A stretch of DNA of 64,000 bases from Chlorokybus atmophyticus (lineage: Eukaryota; Plantae; Mesostigma and Chlorokybus algae): positions 988,091 to 1,052,090 of the forward strand of contig RHPI01001737.1 of NCBI GenBank assembly GCA_009103225.1, read 5' to 3'. Under the pieces are notes generated by a model, which made no database searches, was not told where the DNA came from, and saw only the letters and a program-made list of their open reading frames with translations. Made by a program: the position numbers and the translations under genes. This document shows, piece after piece, positions 63,916-64,000 of the stretch (the stretch's first letter is position 1; each line of letters starts with the position of its first letter).

Positions 63916-64000
63916 GGACTCGCGCCATGCTAACGTTCCTTGGCTGCTACCAGAAATGCACACACAGTGCTTGCTTTGCTGTGCTAGCAGCCTTGCCTAC

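Overview
Eukaryotic, intron-rich, TE-dense window, most likely from a green alga or early streptophyte (inferred from gene content; species not determinable here). It holds two clear housekeeping genes (glutathione synthetase; ARP/APE-type AP endonuclease with a SAP domain), a small organelle-targeted hydrophilic protein family, and five decaying paralogs of a secreted Cys-rich root-cap/VWD-like protein. Mobile elements are three Ty3/Gypsy-type elements, a 632-bp TRIM, a split-direct-repeat tyrosine-recombinase (DIRS-order) retrotransposon, a Plavaka/CMC-like transposase remnant and a duplicated CRE-like non-LTR remnant. The most unusual signals are: (1) an intron-containing Tudor domain fused to a phage/bacterial-type C5 DNA methyltransferase, followed by an array of GGACC-N6-GGTCC palindromes that recurs next to the Plavaka-like transposase; (2) TRIM-type internal regions carrying a tRNA-like T-arm/B-box right after the PBS, one of them recombined into the 3' end of an autonomous chromovirus within a single target-site duplication; (3) Dam-like methyltransferase domains in both the chromovirus and the DIRS element. 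All domain calls come from motif recognition by eye, with no database searches. There is a 629-nt N gap and single Ns inside microsatellites, so some junctions may be assembly artefacts.
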